A stretch of DNA of 64,000 bases from Mobula birostris (GCF_030028105.1 NC_092381.1:55888505-55952504), one strand, 5' to 3'. Numbered from the stretch's first letter, positions 12,110-25,641 are shown. Translations and numbers: made by a program. Notes: generated from the sequence alone by a model not told the origin.

Positions 12110-13700
12110 GAAACACACAAAATGCTGCTGGAACTCAGCAGGTCAGGCAGCATCAATGGAAATAAATAAACAGTTGATGTTTCAAGCCAAGACTCTTTTT
12201 CAAAACTGGAAAGGAAGGAGGAAGAAGCCAAAATAAGGTGGGGAGAGAAAGAGGAGTACAAGCTAGAAGATGATTAGTGAAGCCAGGTGGGTGGTGGAGA
12301 GTGGATGAAGAAGCTAGGAGGTGATAGATGGAAAAGGTAAAGGGCTGAAGAAGTAGTAATATGTTAGGAGAGAGAACGAAAGGAGACAGGGAAGGATAAG
12401 GACATCAGGAGAAGGTGATAGGCAGGTGAGGAGAAGAGAACAGGTAAGGGGGGAAGAGTGGAGAATTGAAGAGGGAAGGGGAAGGGGGAAAATTTACTGT
12501 AAGTTGGAGAAATTGATGTTCATGCCTTCAGGTTGAAGTCAACCCACAAAGAATATGAGGTGTTGCACCTCCAACCTCATGTGGGCTCATCATGGCAGTA
12601 CAAGAAGCCATGGACCAACATATCGAAATGGAAATGGGGATAGGTATTAAAATGGTTGGCCAAGGGGAAATCCTCCTTTTTGTGAATGGAGCAAAGGTGC
12701 TCGACAAAGCAGTCCCTCAGCCCGTGCTGGGTCTCACCAATGAAGAGGAACCTGCATCGGGAGTACCAGATAGACGACCTGGAAAATTCACAGGTGAAGT
12801 GTTGCCTCATCTGGATGGACTACTTGGGGCCCTGAAAGGAGGTGAATGGACAGGTGCAAAATTTCAGCTTGCAGGGATAAATGCCAGGAGGAAAATTAGT
12901 GGGGGGAGGGTTGGGGAACAAATGAATGGGAAATCACAGAGTGGAGGCATTAGATAAAGGATGTATTTGGTGGTAGGGTCCTGTTGAAGATAGCAGAAGT
13001 TACACAATAATATACTGGATGAAGAGGCTCATGGGGTGGTAAGGATGAACAAGAGGAACTCTATACCCATCAAGGTGGTAGGATGATGGAGTGAGGATAG
13101 GTCCAGGAAATGGAGGCGATGTAGTGAGGGCAGCATCCACCGTGGAGGAAGGGAAACCCCATTCTCTGAAGGAGGAGGACATCTCTGATACCTTGGAAAG
13201 GAAAGCCTCATCCTGGGAACTGAAGCAACAGAAACAAAGGAACTGAGAAAAGGGAATAGTATTTTTACAGGCGACAGGATGGGAAGAGGTATAATTATGA
13301 TAGCCATGGGAATCGGTAGGTTTATAAAATACATCGGTAAATAGTTTGTCTCGGACAGCGAGGCCTAGAAACGGGAGAGAGGTGTCAGAAATGGACCAAG
13401 TGAATTTAAGGGCAGGGTGGAAGTTAGGGGCAAATTTGCTGAAATTGACAAGTTCCGCACGGGTGCAGGAAAGAGCACCAATGCAGTCGTCAACGTAGCG
13501 CAAAAAGCTGGGGAGCATTATCGGGGAAGGCCTGGAACATGGACCCATTGAACCTCGTCTTGCCAACTCCAAGGCAGACATAGCTGGAGCCCATAACTTC
13601 ACATTGAGTTTGGAGAAAGTGGGAGGCACATTGTCGAGTGAGGGCCAGCCCCATCAGACGGAGAAGGGTGGCGGTAAAAGGTAACTGGTTAGGTCCCACG
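12110..13700 (-). mobile_element. Penelope-like retroelement (RT + GIY-YIG endonuclease remnants)
   Basis: RT motifs FLRYVDDCIG, LPFL and FYKPTDSH; GIY-YIG motif FIGET...CFVEH; pLTR-type 3' end near 12110. Confidence 0.88.
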
Positions 13701-13739
13701 CCAGCTAGAGTGCAACGTTGCAGCAGAAGTGGTGCCTCC

Positions 13740-14240
13740 TCTATACCAGCCCTTCCAATCTCGTCACTTCCTGAGCTGGAGTCCGGGGCTTTGCCGAAAC
13801 TTCCCGGAAATCCAGGAGTGCGACCGCGACCGAACCACTACTTGTTAAATCGGGATTCTTTGATTGTTTGCATAAGTGCTTGTGATTTACGGCTGTGATG
13901 GCTGCCTTGCGACTTCCCCCTGCTGCCAGCAAACTGAGCGAACTGGGGTGGGTGGCGTCTCCGGCCTGGCAGTGCCGAGCCCGGGTTGCGATCACGGTGC
14001 GGGCTCCGGTCGGCGGCCGATCTCTGCAGCGGCCGAGCAGCTCCAGTCCCGACCCCGACTATCTGCACGAAAGCATCGTTCCCACCAACCACTTCCAGAA
14101 GAGTCTCCCGCGGTTAGTGCCGGTTCCCTCCCGTGCCTTTGTGCAGTGTTTTTTTTTTGTTTTCGTGGACTGCTGGATGAAAGGGCAACTTGCAAAACAC
14201 CCGAGTTCTTGAACTGCGCGTTCGTTGCACTTTGAATGGG
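13740..14240 (+). promoter_or_regulatory. CPT2 CpG-island promoter with CCAAT, ETS-CRE composite and STAT/ETS motifs
   Basis: Dense CpG around exon 1. Motifs: CCAAT at 13755, CGTCACTTCCTG at 13762 (half-CRE fused to an ETS core) and TTCCCGGAA at 13801 (GAS consensus). Motif function is inferred. Confidence 0.7.
13898..14112 (+). CDS. CPT2: Carnitine O-palmitoyltransferase 2, exon 1 (mitochondrial presequence and DYLHESIVPTNHFQKSLPR)
   Basis: ATG in strong context (gtgATGG) inside a CpG island. The C-terminal part matches human QYLQRSIVPTMHYQDSLPR. Donor CG|GTTAGT, phase 2. Confidence 0.92.
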
Positions 14241-14650
14241 TTGTGGAGTGAAGGTTGCTGGAAAACATATTACCCAAATTGTGAAAGCGTTACCTTCACT
14301 GAGTTGTTACAGTTTGCCTGTATCACTTGTATCCCGAAGCTCCTGATTATAATCTGCAAGGTTAGGCAAATATCACACTACGTATTGCTGCTGTAAACTG
14401 ATCACAATTATGAATCCGCTTAAAATAAGTTTGTAGTTTGCGGGGAATAAATGGGTCTTTTGCATACTGGTTTCCCGTGGCCAGAGGTTGGTGTTTGTGG
14501 CCCACCTATATGCAATACACATCAATGACCGAGAGGCCCAAATATTTTATTTCCAAGTTTTCCGGTGCTACAGAAGTAGGTGTAAGTAAAGGAGAAGGCT
14601 GCAAAGAGATTTCAGTTTGGATATTTGACAAAGTGAATGAGAACATGGAA

Positions 14651-15828
14651 ATAGAATACATAGAAACATACATAGAAAATAGGTGCAGGAGTAGGCCATT
14701 CGGCCCTTCGAGCCTGCACCGCCATTTATTATGATCATGGCTGATCATCCAACTCAGAACCCCGCCCCAGCCTTCCCTCCATACCCCCTGACCCCCGTAG
14801 CCACAAGGGCCATATCTAACTCCCTCTTAGATATAGCCAATGAACTGGCCTCAACTGTTTCCTGTGGCAGAGAATTCCACAGATTCACCACTCTCTGTGT
14901 GAAGAAGTTTTTCCTAATCTTGGTCCTAAAAGGCATCCCCTCTATCCTCAAACTGTGACCCCTCGTTCTGGACTTCCCCAACATCGGGAACAATCTTCCT
15001 GCATCTAGCCTGTCCAATCCCTTTAGGATCTTATACGTTTCAATCAGATCCCCCCTCAATCTTCTAAATTCCAACAAGTACAAGCCCAGTTCATCCAATC
15101 TTTCTTCATATGAAAGTCCTGCCATCCCAGGAATCAATCTGGTGAACCTTCTTTGTACTCCCTCTATGGCAAGGATGTCTTTCCTCAGATTAGGGGACCA
15201 AAACTGCACACAATACTCCAGGTGTGGTCTCACCAAGGCCTTGTACAACTGCAGTAGTACCTCCCTGCTCCTGTACTCGAATCCTCTCGCTATAAATGCC
15301 AGCATACCATTCGCCTTTTTCACCGCCTGCTGTACCTGCATGCCCACTTTCAATGACTGGTGTATAATGACACCCAGGTCTCGTTGCACCTCCCCTTTTC
15401 CTAATCGGCCACCATTCAGATAATAATCTGTTTTCCTATTTTTGCCACCAAAGTGGATAACTTCACATTTATCCACATTAAATTGCATCTGCCATGAATT
15501 TGCCCACTCACCCAACCTATCCAAGTCACTCTGCATCCTCTTAGCATCCTCCTCACAGCTAACACAGCCACCCAGCTTCGTGTCATCCGCAAACTTGGAG
15601 ATGCTGCATTTAATTCCCTCATCCAAGTCATTAATATATATTGTAAACAACTGAGGTCCCAGCACTGAGCCTTGCGGTACCCCACTAGTCACCGCCTGCC
15701 ATTCTGAAAAGGTCCCGTTTATTCCCACGCTTTGCTTCCTGTCTGCTAACCAACTCTCCACCCACACCAATACCTTACCCGCAATACCGTGTGCTTTAAG
15801 TTTGCACACTAATCTCCTGTGTGGGACC
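14651..15828 (-). mobile_element. CR1 LINE, young 3' fragment
   Basis: Open 351-aa ORF containing [16 protein letters not shown] and RPHLEYCVQFW; (TTCTATG)-type tail. Confidence 0.93.
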
Positions 15829-16335
15829 TATAGGAAAATTGTGAGTCATGCACTTCAAAATGTTTTAACGATGCTGGAAAATTAAGAAATATTGAGGTAT
15901 AAACAAAGGCGCACGCAGTTAAACAAACGTACAGGTGCAGCAAGCAAATGGGAAGAGAAATGACAGTTTGCCTTTATTACTTACATTTATGGAGAACTGA
16001 CGGGGCAAATTGGTCACATGGTAGACAAAAAAAGAGATTCAAAAACTCTCAGAACATCCCTGAAAAATCCACGCATACCACTAGCAACAACAAGCATTGC
16101 ATCTTCCTGTTTGGCTTAAGACATAAGAGCAGAATTAGGCCATTTGGCTCATCATGTCTGTTCCATCACTCCATTATGGCTGATATATTATCCCTCTCAA
16201 CCCAATCCTCCTGCCTTCTCTCTGTAGTCTTTGACACTCTTTCTAATCAAGAACCTATCAACCTTTGCTTTAGATATACCCAATAACTTGGCCCTCACAG
16301 CCATCTGTGGCAATGAATTCCACAGATTTATCACT

Positions 16336-18090
16336 GAATTGAATTGACTTTATTACTTACATCCTTAATATACATGAGGAGTAAAAATCTTTACATTACA
16401 TCTCTGTCTAAATGTGCAATTTATAGTAATTGTAATAAATAGTATGTACAACAGGTTAGTCAGTTTAAGGCATCCGTTAGTCTTGCGAGACCATGGATCT
16501 GCGCCTGGAAAGTCTTCACTCTCCAGGGCACAGGCCTGGGCAAGGTTGTATGGAAGACCAGCAGTTGCCCATGCTGCAAGTCTCCCCTCTCCGCGACACT
16601 GATGTTGTCCAAGGGAAGGGCATTAGGACCCATACAGCTTGGCACCAGTGTCGTCGCAGAGCAATGTGTGGTTAAGTGCCTTGCTCAAGGACACAACACG
16701 TTGCCTCAATAGGTTAGTCAATATAACATAGAAATACAGTTGTGTCAGCATGAATTAATCAGTCTGATGTCCTGGTGGAAGAAGCTGTCCTGGAGAATGT
16801 TGGTCCTGGCTTTTATGCTGCGGTACCGTTGCCGGATGGTAGCAGCTGGAACAGTTTGTGGTTGGGGTGACTTGAGTCCCCAATGATCATTCGGACCCTT
16901 ATTACACACCTGTCTCTGTAAATGTCCTGAATAGTGGGAAGTTCACATCTGCAGATGCGCTGGACTGTTCGCACTACTCTCTGCAGAAACCTGCGATTGA
17001 GGGAGGTACAGTTCCCATATCAGGCAGTGATGCAGCCAGTCAGGATGCTCTCAATTGTGCCCCTGTAGAAAGTTCTTAGGAGTTGGGGGCCCATACCAAA
17101 CTTCAACTGTCTGAGGTGAAAGAAGCACTGTTGTGTCTTTTTCACCACACATCCGGTATGTACAGACCACTTGAGATCCTCGGTGATGTTTATGCCGAGA
17201 AACTTAAAGCTGTTCACCCTCTCAACCCCAGATCCATTGATGTCAATAGGGGTGAGCCTGTCTCCATTCCTCCTGTAATCCACAACCAGCTCCTTTGTTT
17301 TTGTGACATTGAGGGAGAGGTTGTTTTCTTGACACCACTGTGTCAGGGTGATGACTACTTCTCTGTAGGCTGCCTCATTATTCTTTGAGATTAGGCCAAT
17401 CGGTATAGTGTCGTCAGCAAATTTAATTAGCAGATTAGAGCTGTGGGTGGCGACACAGTCATGGATATACAAAGTAAAGGGGGGGCTTAGTACACATCTC
17501 TGAGGGGCACCTGTGTTGAGGGTCAGAGGGACAGAGGTGAGGAAGCCCGCTCTTTCCTGCTGGCGATCTGACAGGAAGTCCAGGATCCAGCTACACAAGG
17601 CAGGGTGAAGGCTGAGGTCTCTGAGCTTTTTCTCGAGCCTGGAGGGAGTTGTGTTGAATGCTGAACTGTAGTCCAAGAACAGCATTCTCACATAGGCAGT
17701 CCTGTTCTCCAGATGTGCAAGGACGGTGTGAGCTTACTATTGAGTTGAATGCGGCAGGATGCCAGTCGCTCAGACATGTCACCTTCGTCTTTTTAGGTAC
17801 AGGAACAATGGTGGATGTTTTGAAGCAGGAAGGCACTCTACACTGGGAGAGGGAAAGATTAAAAATGTCTGTAAACACATCTGCCAGTTGTCCCGCACAC
17901 AATCTGAGTACTCGCGCTGGGATGCCATCTGGTCCCGAAGCCTTGTGACTGTCCACTCATTGGAAACACCTGCGTACTTCAGCCTCGAGCTGCAGGTCAC
18001 ATCAGCGGCTCATCAGTGTTGGCATCTTCAAATCGAGTGTTAAAAAAAGATTTAACTCATCTGGGGGAGACACCTGCCAGTTGTGCCACG
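16336..18090 (-). mobile_element. Rex1/Babar-type LINE nested in CR1
   Basis: ORFs with [14 protein letters not shown] and FYRGTIESILTGCITA; same 3' tail as the copy at 4757. Confidence 0.9.
16463..16710 (-). mobile_element. 5'-truncated SINE with a CORE-like motif, nested in the Rex1 3'UTR
   Basis: Perfect 10-bp TSD aggttagtca. The minus strand carries GTGTCCTTGAGCAAGGCACTTAACC and an RTE-like 3' end. Confidence 0.75.
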
Positions 18091-18852
18091 CATCACCCTC
18101 TGGCTAAAGAAATTCCTCCTCATCTCTGTTCCAAAGAGATGTCCTTGTACTCTGAGGCCGTGCCCTCTGGTCCTAGATTCCCCCACTGTAAGAACCATCT
18201 TCTCCACGTCCACTCTGTGTAGGCCTTTCGGCATTCAATAGGTTTCAGTGAGATCTCCCCACATTCTTCTAAACTGCAATGAGTACAGGCTCATGTTAAC
18301 CCTTTCATTCCCCAGATCGTTCTTATGAACATCAGCAGGACGCCCTCCAATGCTAACACATGCTTTCTTAGATAAGGAGCCATAACCTGCGCACAGGACT
18401 CCAAGTCTGGTCTGACCAATGTCTGACAAAGCTTTGACATTAGATCCTTGCTTTCATATTCTAGTCCTCTTGAAATTAATGCTAACCTTGAGTTTTGCCT
18501 CCCTTACTACTGACTCAACCTGAATGTTATAGCCTTTAGGGAATCTTGTACAAGGGCTCCCAAGTACCTTTGCACCTCTGATTTCTGAATTTTCTCCCTG
18601 TTTATTTAAAAAAAAGTCTACACCTTTATTCTTTCCACTAGAGTGCATGACCATGCATTTCTGTACACGATATTCCATCTGCCACTTCTTTGCCCATTCT
18701 CCCAATTTGTCCAAGTCCTTCTGCAGACTCCCTGATTCTCTAACACTCCTGTCCCTCCACCTGTCTTCGTATCATCTGCAAACTTGGTCATAAAGCCTTC
18801 AATTCTGTTATCTAAAATAACATGAAAGAACCACCCTCAACACCGACCAGTG

Positions 18853-18913
18853 AAGGACACCACTGGCAGCATACTCACATAAAGGACACCACTGGCAGCA
18901 TACTCACATAAAG
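18853..18913. repeat. 29-bp tandem duplication at the junction of two opposed CR1 fragments
   Basis: aaggacaccactggcagcatactcacata occurs twice in tandem. Confidence 0.9.
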
Positions 18914-19715
18914 TGATCTCATTGAGATTTACAAAATCCACACTGAGCTAGATAAGCTTATTGTAGGAGGGTTGTTTTCCTGGGTTGAGGCATCCAGAAC
19001 TGAAGCACAACCTCAAAACAAGGATTAGGTAATTCATGATGAGGTAAAATTTCTTCACTCAGAAGGTGATGAATCTTTGCCATTCTTTACCCTGGAGGGC
19101 TGTGGATGTTTTGTTTGATAGATTTGTGGACATGAAGTGGATTAAAGACAATGGAGATAGTGCCATTTTCCAGCAATGAAATGGAAGATCAGCATTGAAT
19201 GGTGGAGCAGATTTGAAGGGCTAGATGGTTTACTCCTGCTCCTAATTCTGATGTTCTTGTATTTGTTGGCTTCACAAATTCCACTAGAATTTGGAATTTT
19301 CATAGGATTTTTATGTTTATCTGAAAATGAGATTAGTATTAATAGATTGTTCAGACCATCACTGGAGTGTGGAATGGTTTCCATACAAATTTTAGTATTG
19401 GTTGATTATTTGCATGTATTGTATAGGCACATACTCAACCCCTTGCTGGTCTTTGAAGTTTTTTACTTGTACTTGCTATAACAGCTTGTAATACTCAGAG
19501 CACACCCTCATTTCTTTCCTGACCAAGAGTTCCTTGATATTGATGTTGACTGCCCAATGCTGTGATCCTTCCTCAGAATTATTAAAGTAGATGTCATGTT
19601 ATGAAATCTTCAGGTAAGAACTATTCCCAGTGACCATCATTGGTTATCAAAATGGTGTTTTGCTTTTATTGCCTGTTTGAATTGGGGAAAAATATCAAAT
19701 TGAGTGTCACCCAAT

Positions 19716-19930
19716 CACAAACAAGAGAAAATCTGCAGATGCTGGAAATCCAAGTAGCACACAAAATGCTGGAGGAACTCAGCAGGCCAGGCAATGTCAA
19801 TGGATAAAAGTACAGTTCACGTTTCGGTCCGAAACCGTTCGGCAGGACTCACTTGGCCCAAAACATCAACAGTACTCTTTTCCATAGATGCTGCCTGGAC
19901 TGCTGAGTTTCTCCAGCATTTTGTGTGTGT
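19716..19930. mobile_element. Penelope-derived palindromic remnant
   Basis: Inverted arms (cacacaaaatgctggaggaactcagc / gctgagtttctccagcattttgtgtg) with decayed hammerhead-like cores. Confidence 0.7.
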
Positions 19931-20315
19931 AAATTGGATGTGAGTTTTAAATTGAACTTCAAGTGATACAAATAATTTTGAAGAAATCTTTGTAATGATC
20001 AAAAATGTCAGGTGTTGACATAATATTTCTTTAACTAAAGATCGTTATGGTGACAAATGCTTCCTAAAAGTCTCACATCATAATCTTCTTCCCAGTGCAT
20101 CAAGTTATGGCTTTGATGCCAAGCAACACTTTGTATAAAATATAAGCCTACAGGACCTTCACGTGGTACTTGGTATTAATAAGTGATATTTTATACAGCA
20201 GTATAAATGAAAATTGAAGATGGTGTACATTATATTTCAATTTGAAAACTAATTGTCCTGCAGCTTTAGGCTGTGTTCCTGAGCTACCTCCTAATTTATT
20301 ATCTTTACCCCAAAG

Positions 20316-20396
20316 GTTACCCATTCCAAAGCTGCAGGATACAGTCCGCCGTTTCCTGAATGCACAGAGACCACTTTTAGATAATGACCAATATAG
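20316..20396 (+). CDS. CPT2: CPT2 exon 2
   Basis: ccccaaag|G, then [26 protein letters not shown], then AG|GTAAGT; 81 nt with phases compatible with exons 1 and 3. Confidence 0.96.
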
Positions 20397-20609
20397 GTAA
20401 GTGAATGAAATTTTAATCAGCTGGTAGTTTAGGAATGTTATGTTAACTTTGTAATGCTAAGGAGTAAACACCCAGGGTTTTGATTTGAGTGTTTTCCAGT
20501 ATTTTAATGTATATGATGTTCTTGGAATTTGCCCCTTCAGCCTCATTGCACAATTATTAGTAGCTACCATATCTGATAAAATATGCAAGTATTTAAAGGT
20601 AATCTCACC

Positions 20610-22200
20610 CGAATTAGAATCTGCTTTGATATCACTGACATATATTGTGGAATTTGTTGTTTTGCGGCAGCAGTACATTGCAATACAAGATAATAAAAAC
20701 TGTCAATTACGATAAGAAATATATAATTAAATTAAGTATGTCATGAAAAAAAGAGAGCAAAAAAATTAGTGAGATAGTGTTCACTGTCCATTCAGAAATC
20801 TGATGGTGGGGGGGCGGGGGGGAGTCTGTTCCTATGCATTGAGTGTGTGTCTTCAGGCTCCTGTACTTCCTCCTTGATGGTAGCAATCAGAAAAGGGCAT
20901 GTCCTGTGTGATGGGGGTCCTTAATGATGGATGTCACTTTTTGAGACATTGTCTTCTGAAGAGGTCCTCGATGCAGGGGAGGCTAGTGCCCATGATGGAG
21001 TTGTTTGAGCTTGAAACTTTCTGCAGCCTTTTCTGATCCTGTGCTGTGGCCGCTCCATACCACACATCAATGCAGCCAGTTAGAATGTTCTCTATGGTAC
21101 ATCGGTAGAAATTCGCAGGAGTCTTTAGTATCATTCCTAGTCCCTTCAAACTTCTGATGCAATATAGCTGATAATGTGCCTTCTTTGTAATTGCATCCAT
21201 ACGTTGGGCTCCGGATAGGTCTTCAGAGTTGTTGACACCCAGGAACTTGAAAAAGCTCACCCTTTCCGTTGCAGATCCCTCGGTGAAAACTGGTGTGTGT
21301 TCCTTTGACCTCCCCTTCCTGAAGTGCACAATCAGTTCCTGACATTGAGTGCAAGGTTGCTGTTGCAACAATACTCAACCAGCTGATCTATCTCACTCCT
21401 GTATGCCCTCCCTTAATCATCTGAAATTCTGCCAACAATAGTTGTGTTGTTCGCTAATTTATAGATGTTGTTTGAGCTGTGGCTAGCCACACAGACATGG
21501 GTGTAGAGAGAACAGAGCAGTACCACCCTGCAGTGCGCCAGTGTTGATTATTAGTGAGGAGAAGATGGTATTTCTGATCTACATTGACCATTGTCTACCG
21601 ATGAGGAAGGCAAGGGTCCAGTTGCAGGTGGAAGGTACAGAGCCCCAGGTTTTGGAGCTTGTTAATTAGTACTGAGGGTATCGTTGTGTTAAACACTTAG
21701 CTATATTCAATAAACAGCCCGCAGATACAGGTATTGCTATTGGCCAGGAGATCCAAGGCCCAGTGGAGAGCCAGTGAGATTGCGTCAACTGTAGACCTAT
21801 TGTGGTGATAGGCAAATTGCAGCGGGTCCAGATCCTTCCTTGGATGTTGATTCTGGTCAAAACCAACCTCTCAGAGCCCTTCACCACAGTCGATGTGAGT
21901 GCAGCTGGGTGATAGTTGTTGAGGCAGCTCAGCCTGCTCTCCTGGGGCACTGAAGCAGGTGAGAACCTCGTGAAAGATTGAAGATATCCTGGAATACTCC
22001 CGCCAGTTGGTTGGCACAGGTTTTCATTACCTTACCAGGTGCATCATCAGGGCCTGATGCCTTGTTCACCCCCATGAAAGATGTTCTGACGCCGGTCACC
22101 GAGAGAGATCTCAGGGATGCTGCAGGGACTCGCACGTGTATAATTTTATTCTCCCTTTTGACGTGTGCATAAAAAGTGCTTAGCTCATCTGGGAGTGAAT
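20610..22200 (-). mobile_element. Rex1/Babar-type LINE (decayed)
   Basis: Encodes FYRCTIENILTGCIDVWY, KASGPDD and LNNYHPAALT. Confidence 0.85.
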
Positions 22201-22852
22201 TCCTATTGAGACCTCAATAATATATGGATACAAAGACATGGACAATCCAGAAATTTGCCTATCATTTATTTTGTGTTTTGTATCAAAATAACCTGATACA
22301 GATTTTAATTTGTTTTTATCTTTCAAATGTAATACCCTCCTACTGTTTATGATATAAGTATAGCTTATTTGTTGAAATTATGTTATTCATAAATTCAGTT
22401 TAGAACAAAGCTTCATATGCTGCAGAGTAGGAACTATGAGTCAGCATTGTAGAGGGGTGAGATGTAGAGTTGAGGCCTTTTCCCCAAGTGAAGAGGAGGA
22501 GAGACATCACTCGAATGTGCTCTGAACAAGTGCTTTAAATCTTCACAAAGGTCATGTATAGATTGCATTTTGGGACTATTGAGAGACAAGTATGTGCCTT
22601 GTATTGGGGAAACGAAAGCGAAGGAATTAGAGCAGGCATATACTTGTTTCATTATTACTTTCAAGCTTCTTCATGAAGATAGTGTTCATATATTAATATT
22701 TTGACTTAATTATTTGGAAAGATATGGATTAACCAGTAGTTACAGACTGGCTCTTGAATGGGGTACCAAGTCAATACAGATTGTCAAAAGTCTAGTATAT
22801 CAAATGCTTTACTTGTTGATAATATTTATTTAAATGCATAAGTGTGACACCA

Positions 22853-23165
22853 AGTGCTACGGTAGCGTAGCAGTAAGTGCAATTACTTTATAGAGTCAGC
22901 AATCACCAATGGGTTCATTTTCCGCTGCTGTCTGTAAGGAGTTTGTCTGTTCTTCCCATGACCATAAGGCTTTCCTCCAGGAGCTCCTGTTTCCTCCCAC
23001 AATCCCAAGCTATACGGTTATGGTTAGTGACTTGTGAGCATAGCAACACTTACAGGCTGTCCCCCAGCACAAACCTTGGACCGTGTAAGTCATTTAAACA
23101 AAATAGCACATTTTACTGTATGTTTCAATGTTTTGATGGACGTGTGACAAATAAAACTAATTGTT
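22853..23165 (+). mobile_element. tRNA-derived V-domain SINE (HE1-like)
   Basis: A-box-like ggtagcgtagcag, V-domain-like tttcctccaggagctcctgtttcctcccaca, and an aataaa tail. Confidence 0.7.
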
Positions 23166-23889
23166 TAATTTTTTTAAAAATCTTTTATTGACACTATTTT
23201 ACAATGGGAGTATTCTCCATGGCCAACATTCCTCTTCTAAGCAATACCATTTAAAATATTAACTGGCTTTTTGTTTGTCCGATGCTGTGTTTACTTTTGA
23301 AGTTACTTGAAATGGGATGATGTCAGAAGCATAGTTATATATTTCTCTCTTCAACTACCAGTGAACCTTGGTAATGTACGGTTGGGTTGTTGGGTTGCTC
23401 ACATCCCGAACCCTGTCTAGCCTTAACCAACTCGTATACTGTCCCTCCAATAGAGATCAGTGAACAATGATCAGGACATGTGAATGCTGGCAGAGTTTCC
23501 CCTTCCTTTCACATGAAGTTGAAAAGCCTCAGCTGAGATAATTTAACTGGGAATGGACTAGAATCATCCTGGTGTGCTGAGTGCAGGTCTCATTTTATAC
23601 AATGCAGTCAGCAATTGAGGAGTGATTTTTGCACAAATCATTGATTTCTGCAGTTTATGCACCTCTATGTTACTAGATATTGGTTTACTTCTGTAGCTTA
23701 ATTCAAAATTAATTTGATATACGTAATTTGAAAATTAAAAATTTTACAACCTATTTTTGTTGTCATCTTTTCTTAATAAGATGGTAAATGGATAACACAA
23801 AAAGCTTTTGTGTTCCCGGACTAGAGTGGTAATACTGATTTCCATTTCTGTATATTCACCAAATGCACTGCAAGAATTGTATATCTACA

Positions 23890-25200
23890 GCCATAGAACG
23901 TAGAGCGGCACAGCATAGCACAGGCCTCTGGGCCCACAGCGTTGTGCCAAACCAATTCAATTAATAATCAAATGGCCAACTAAACTAATCCCTTCTACCT
24001 GCAGAATGTACATTTCCTTTCATTTCCCTCACGTCCAGGAGCCTATCTAAACGTCTCTTAAAAATTCCTAGTGTATCTGCCTCTACCACCACCCCAGGGA
24101 CCCACCACTCTGTGTGAAAAGTTCTTGCCCCTCACATCTCCCTTGACTTACCCCTTCTAAACTTAAATACATTCTAAGATTATTTAATGTCTTTTCCTGT
24201 TCACAAATGTAAGGAGAACAAAATAATTGTTACCCCAGATCCAATAAACCCCAAAAATCCCATGAAAGATAAAAAAACACAATAATAAAAAACACATAAT
24301 AAATATAATTAGATAAGAAAGCTTATATACAATGATTGTATATCCATAAGGTGATGCTAGGTTGTGCATAACGTGACAGGTAGAAAATAATGAAGTAGTG
24401 TGGAGTTAGTGGGCGGAGGTATTGATTGGTTTTACTGCTTGGGAAATTATCTGTTATTTAGTCTGGTGGTCCTGTATTGGACAAACAGTCCATGAACAGA
24501 GTGTATTGAATCCTTCATGATGTCACAGGCCCTTTTTTTCACCTTTCTTTATATGTCCTTAATGGGCAGGCTTTTGCCAGTGATGGGTAGTTTTGACTGC
24601 TCATTGTAGAGCCTTCCCTCTGCATGCCCTCTGCTATTAGACATTTCAACCCTGGGAAAAAGATATTGTCTGTTTACTCTATGCCTCTCACGATCTTATA
24701 AACCTCTATCAGATCTTCACCCAGCCTCTGCCACTTCAGAGAAAACAACCCATGTTTGTCCATCCTCTCATTGTAGCACATGCCCTCTAATACAGGCAGC
24801 ATCTTGGTAAACTTCTTCTGCATTCTTCCAAAGCCTCGACATTCTTCCTATAATGGGGGGGGAGGGGGGCGTGACCAGGAATTGTATGCAATACTCCAAA
24901 TGTGGCGTAACTAGAGTTTTATAAAGTTGCAACATAACTTTCTGGCTTTTGAACTCAATGCCTTGACTAATGAAGCCATATACCACCTTATAGCCGCCCT
25001 ATCAGTCCGTATAGCCACTTTCAAGGAGCTATGAATTTGGACCCCAAGATCCCTCTGCTCATCAACTCTTTATATACGACTTACCGAGGTGCAACACTTC
25101 ACATTTGGCTGGGTTAATCTCCATCTGCCATTTCTCCACCCATATCTGTAACTGATCTATATCCCACTGTATACCAATATTCTGCACTATCCACAACCAT
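23890..25200 (-). mobile_element. CR1 fragment containing a nested Rex1 3' fragment (about 24180-24620)
   Basis: Encodes LYKTLVTPHLEYCIQF; CR1 sequence resumes after the Rex1-like block. Confidence 0.7.
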
Positions 25201-25641
25201 CTTCGTTTGGTGAGAATTGAATCTGGCTTGACAGCGGGTAACTTATGGAAGACTATCCTGGTCTACAGTGTGTGGGCATGCAGGGAAAGTAGCCATTTTG
25301 ATGAAGCACCAGAGAGTTTGTAGCACCTTGGACATACTCATGTAGGAGTCAAAATCTTCAGAAGAGGTAGGCATCAGATTAAAAAAGATGCATGTTCTAC
25401 AGCTTTATTGTGCTTCTAAAAAGATGGAGAAAAGAAATAAAATCATAATTGAGTCTTGAAACATAATCTTTCTTTAAATAGCTAATGTTTGCAACTGAAC
25501 AGGGAACTGTCTAGTCTTTGAACTGTCTAGACATTTTGAGGCATAGGAAATGTCTGGGTAAGCAAACATTGGAATTCTGTCAACACACATAAAAGTTGCT
25601 GGTGACGCAGCAGGCCAGGCAGCATCTCGAGGAAGAGGTAC

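Larger units (their letters stand above)
16115..18870 (-). mobile_element. CR1 LINE 3' fragment, split by a Rex1 insertion
   Basis: CR1 3' sequence stops at 16335 and resumes at about 18091 (catcaccctctggct); encodes RRNFFSQRV and LGEWAKKWQMEY. Confidence 0.8.

Noticed and set aside
14754-15809. 351-aa ORF as a domesticated reverse transcriptase gene
   Set aside because: It is an ordinary 5'-truncated young CR1 with its tail, has no ATG start and lacks the N-terminal RT motifs.
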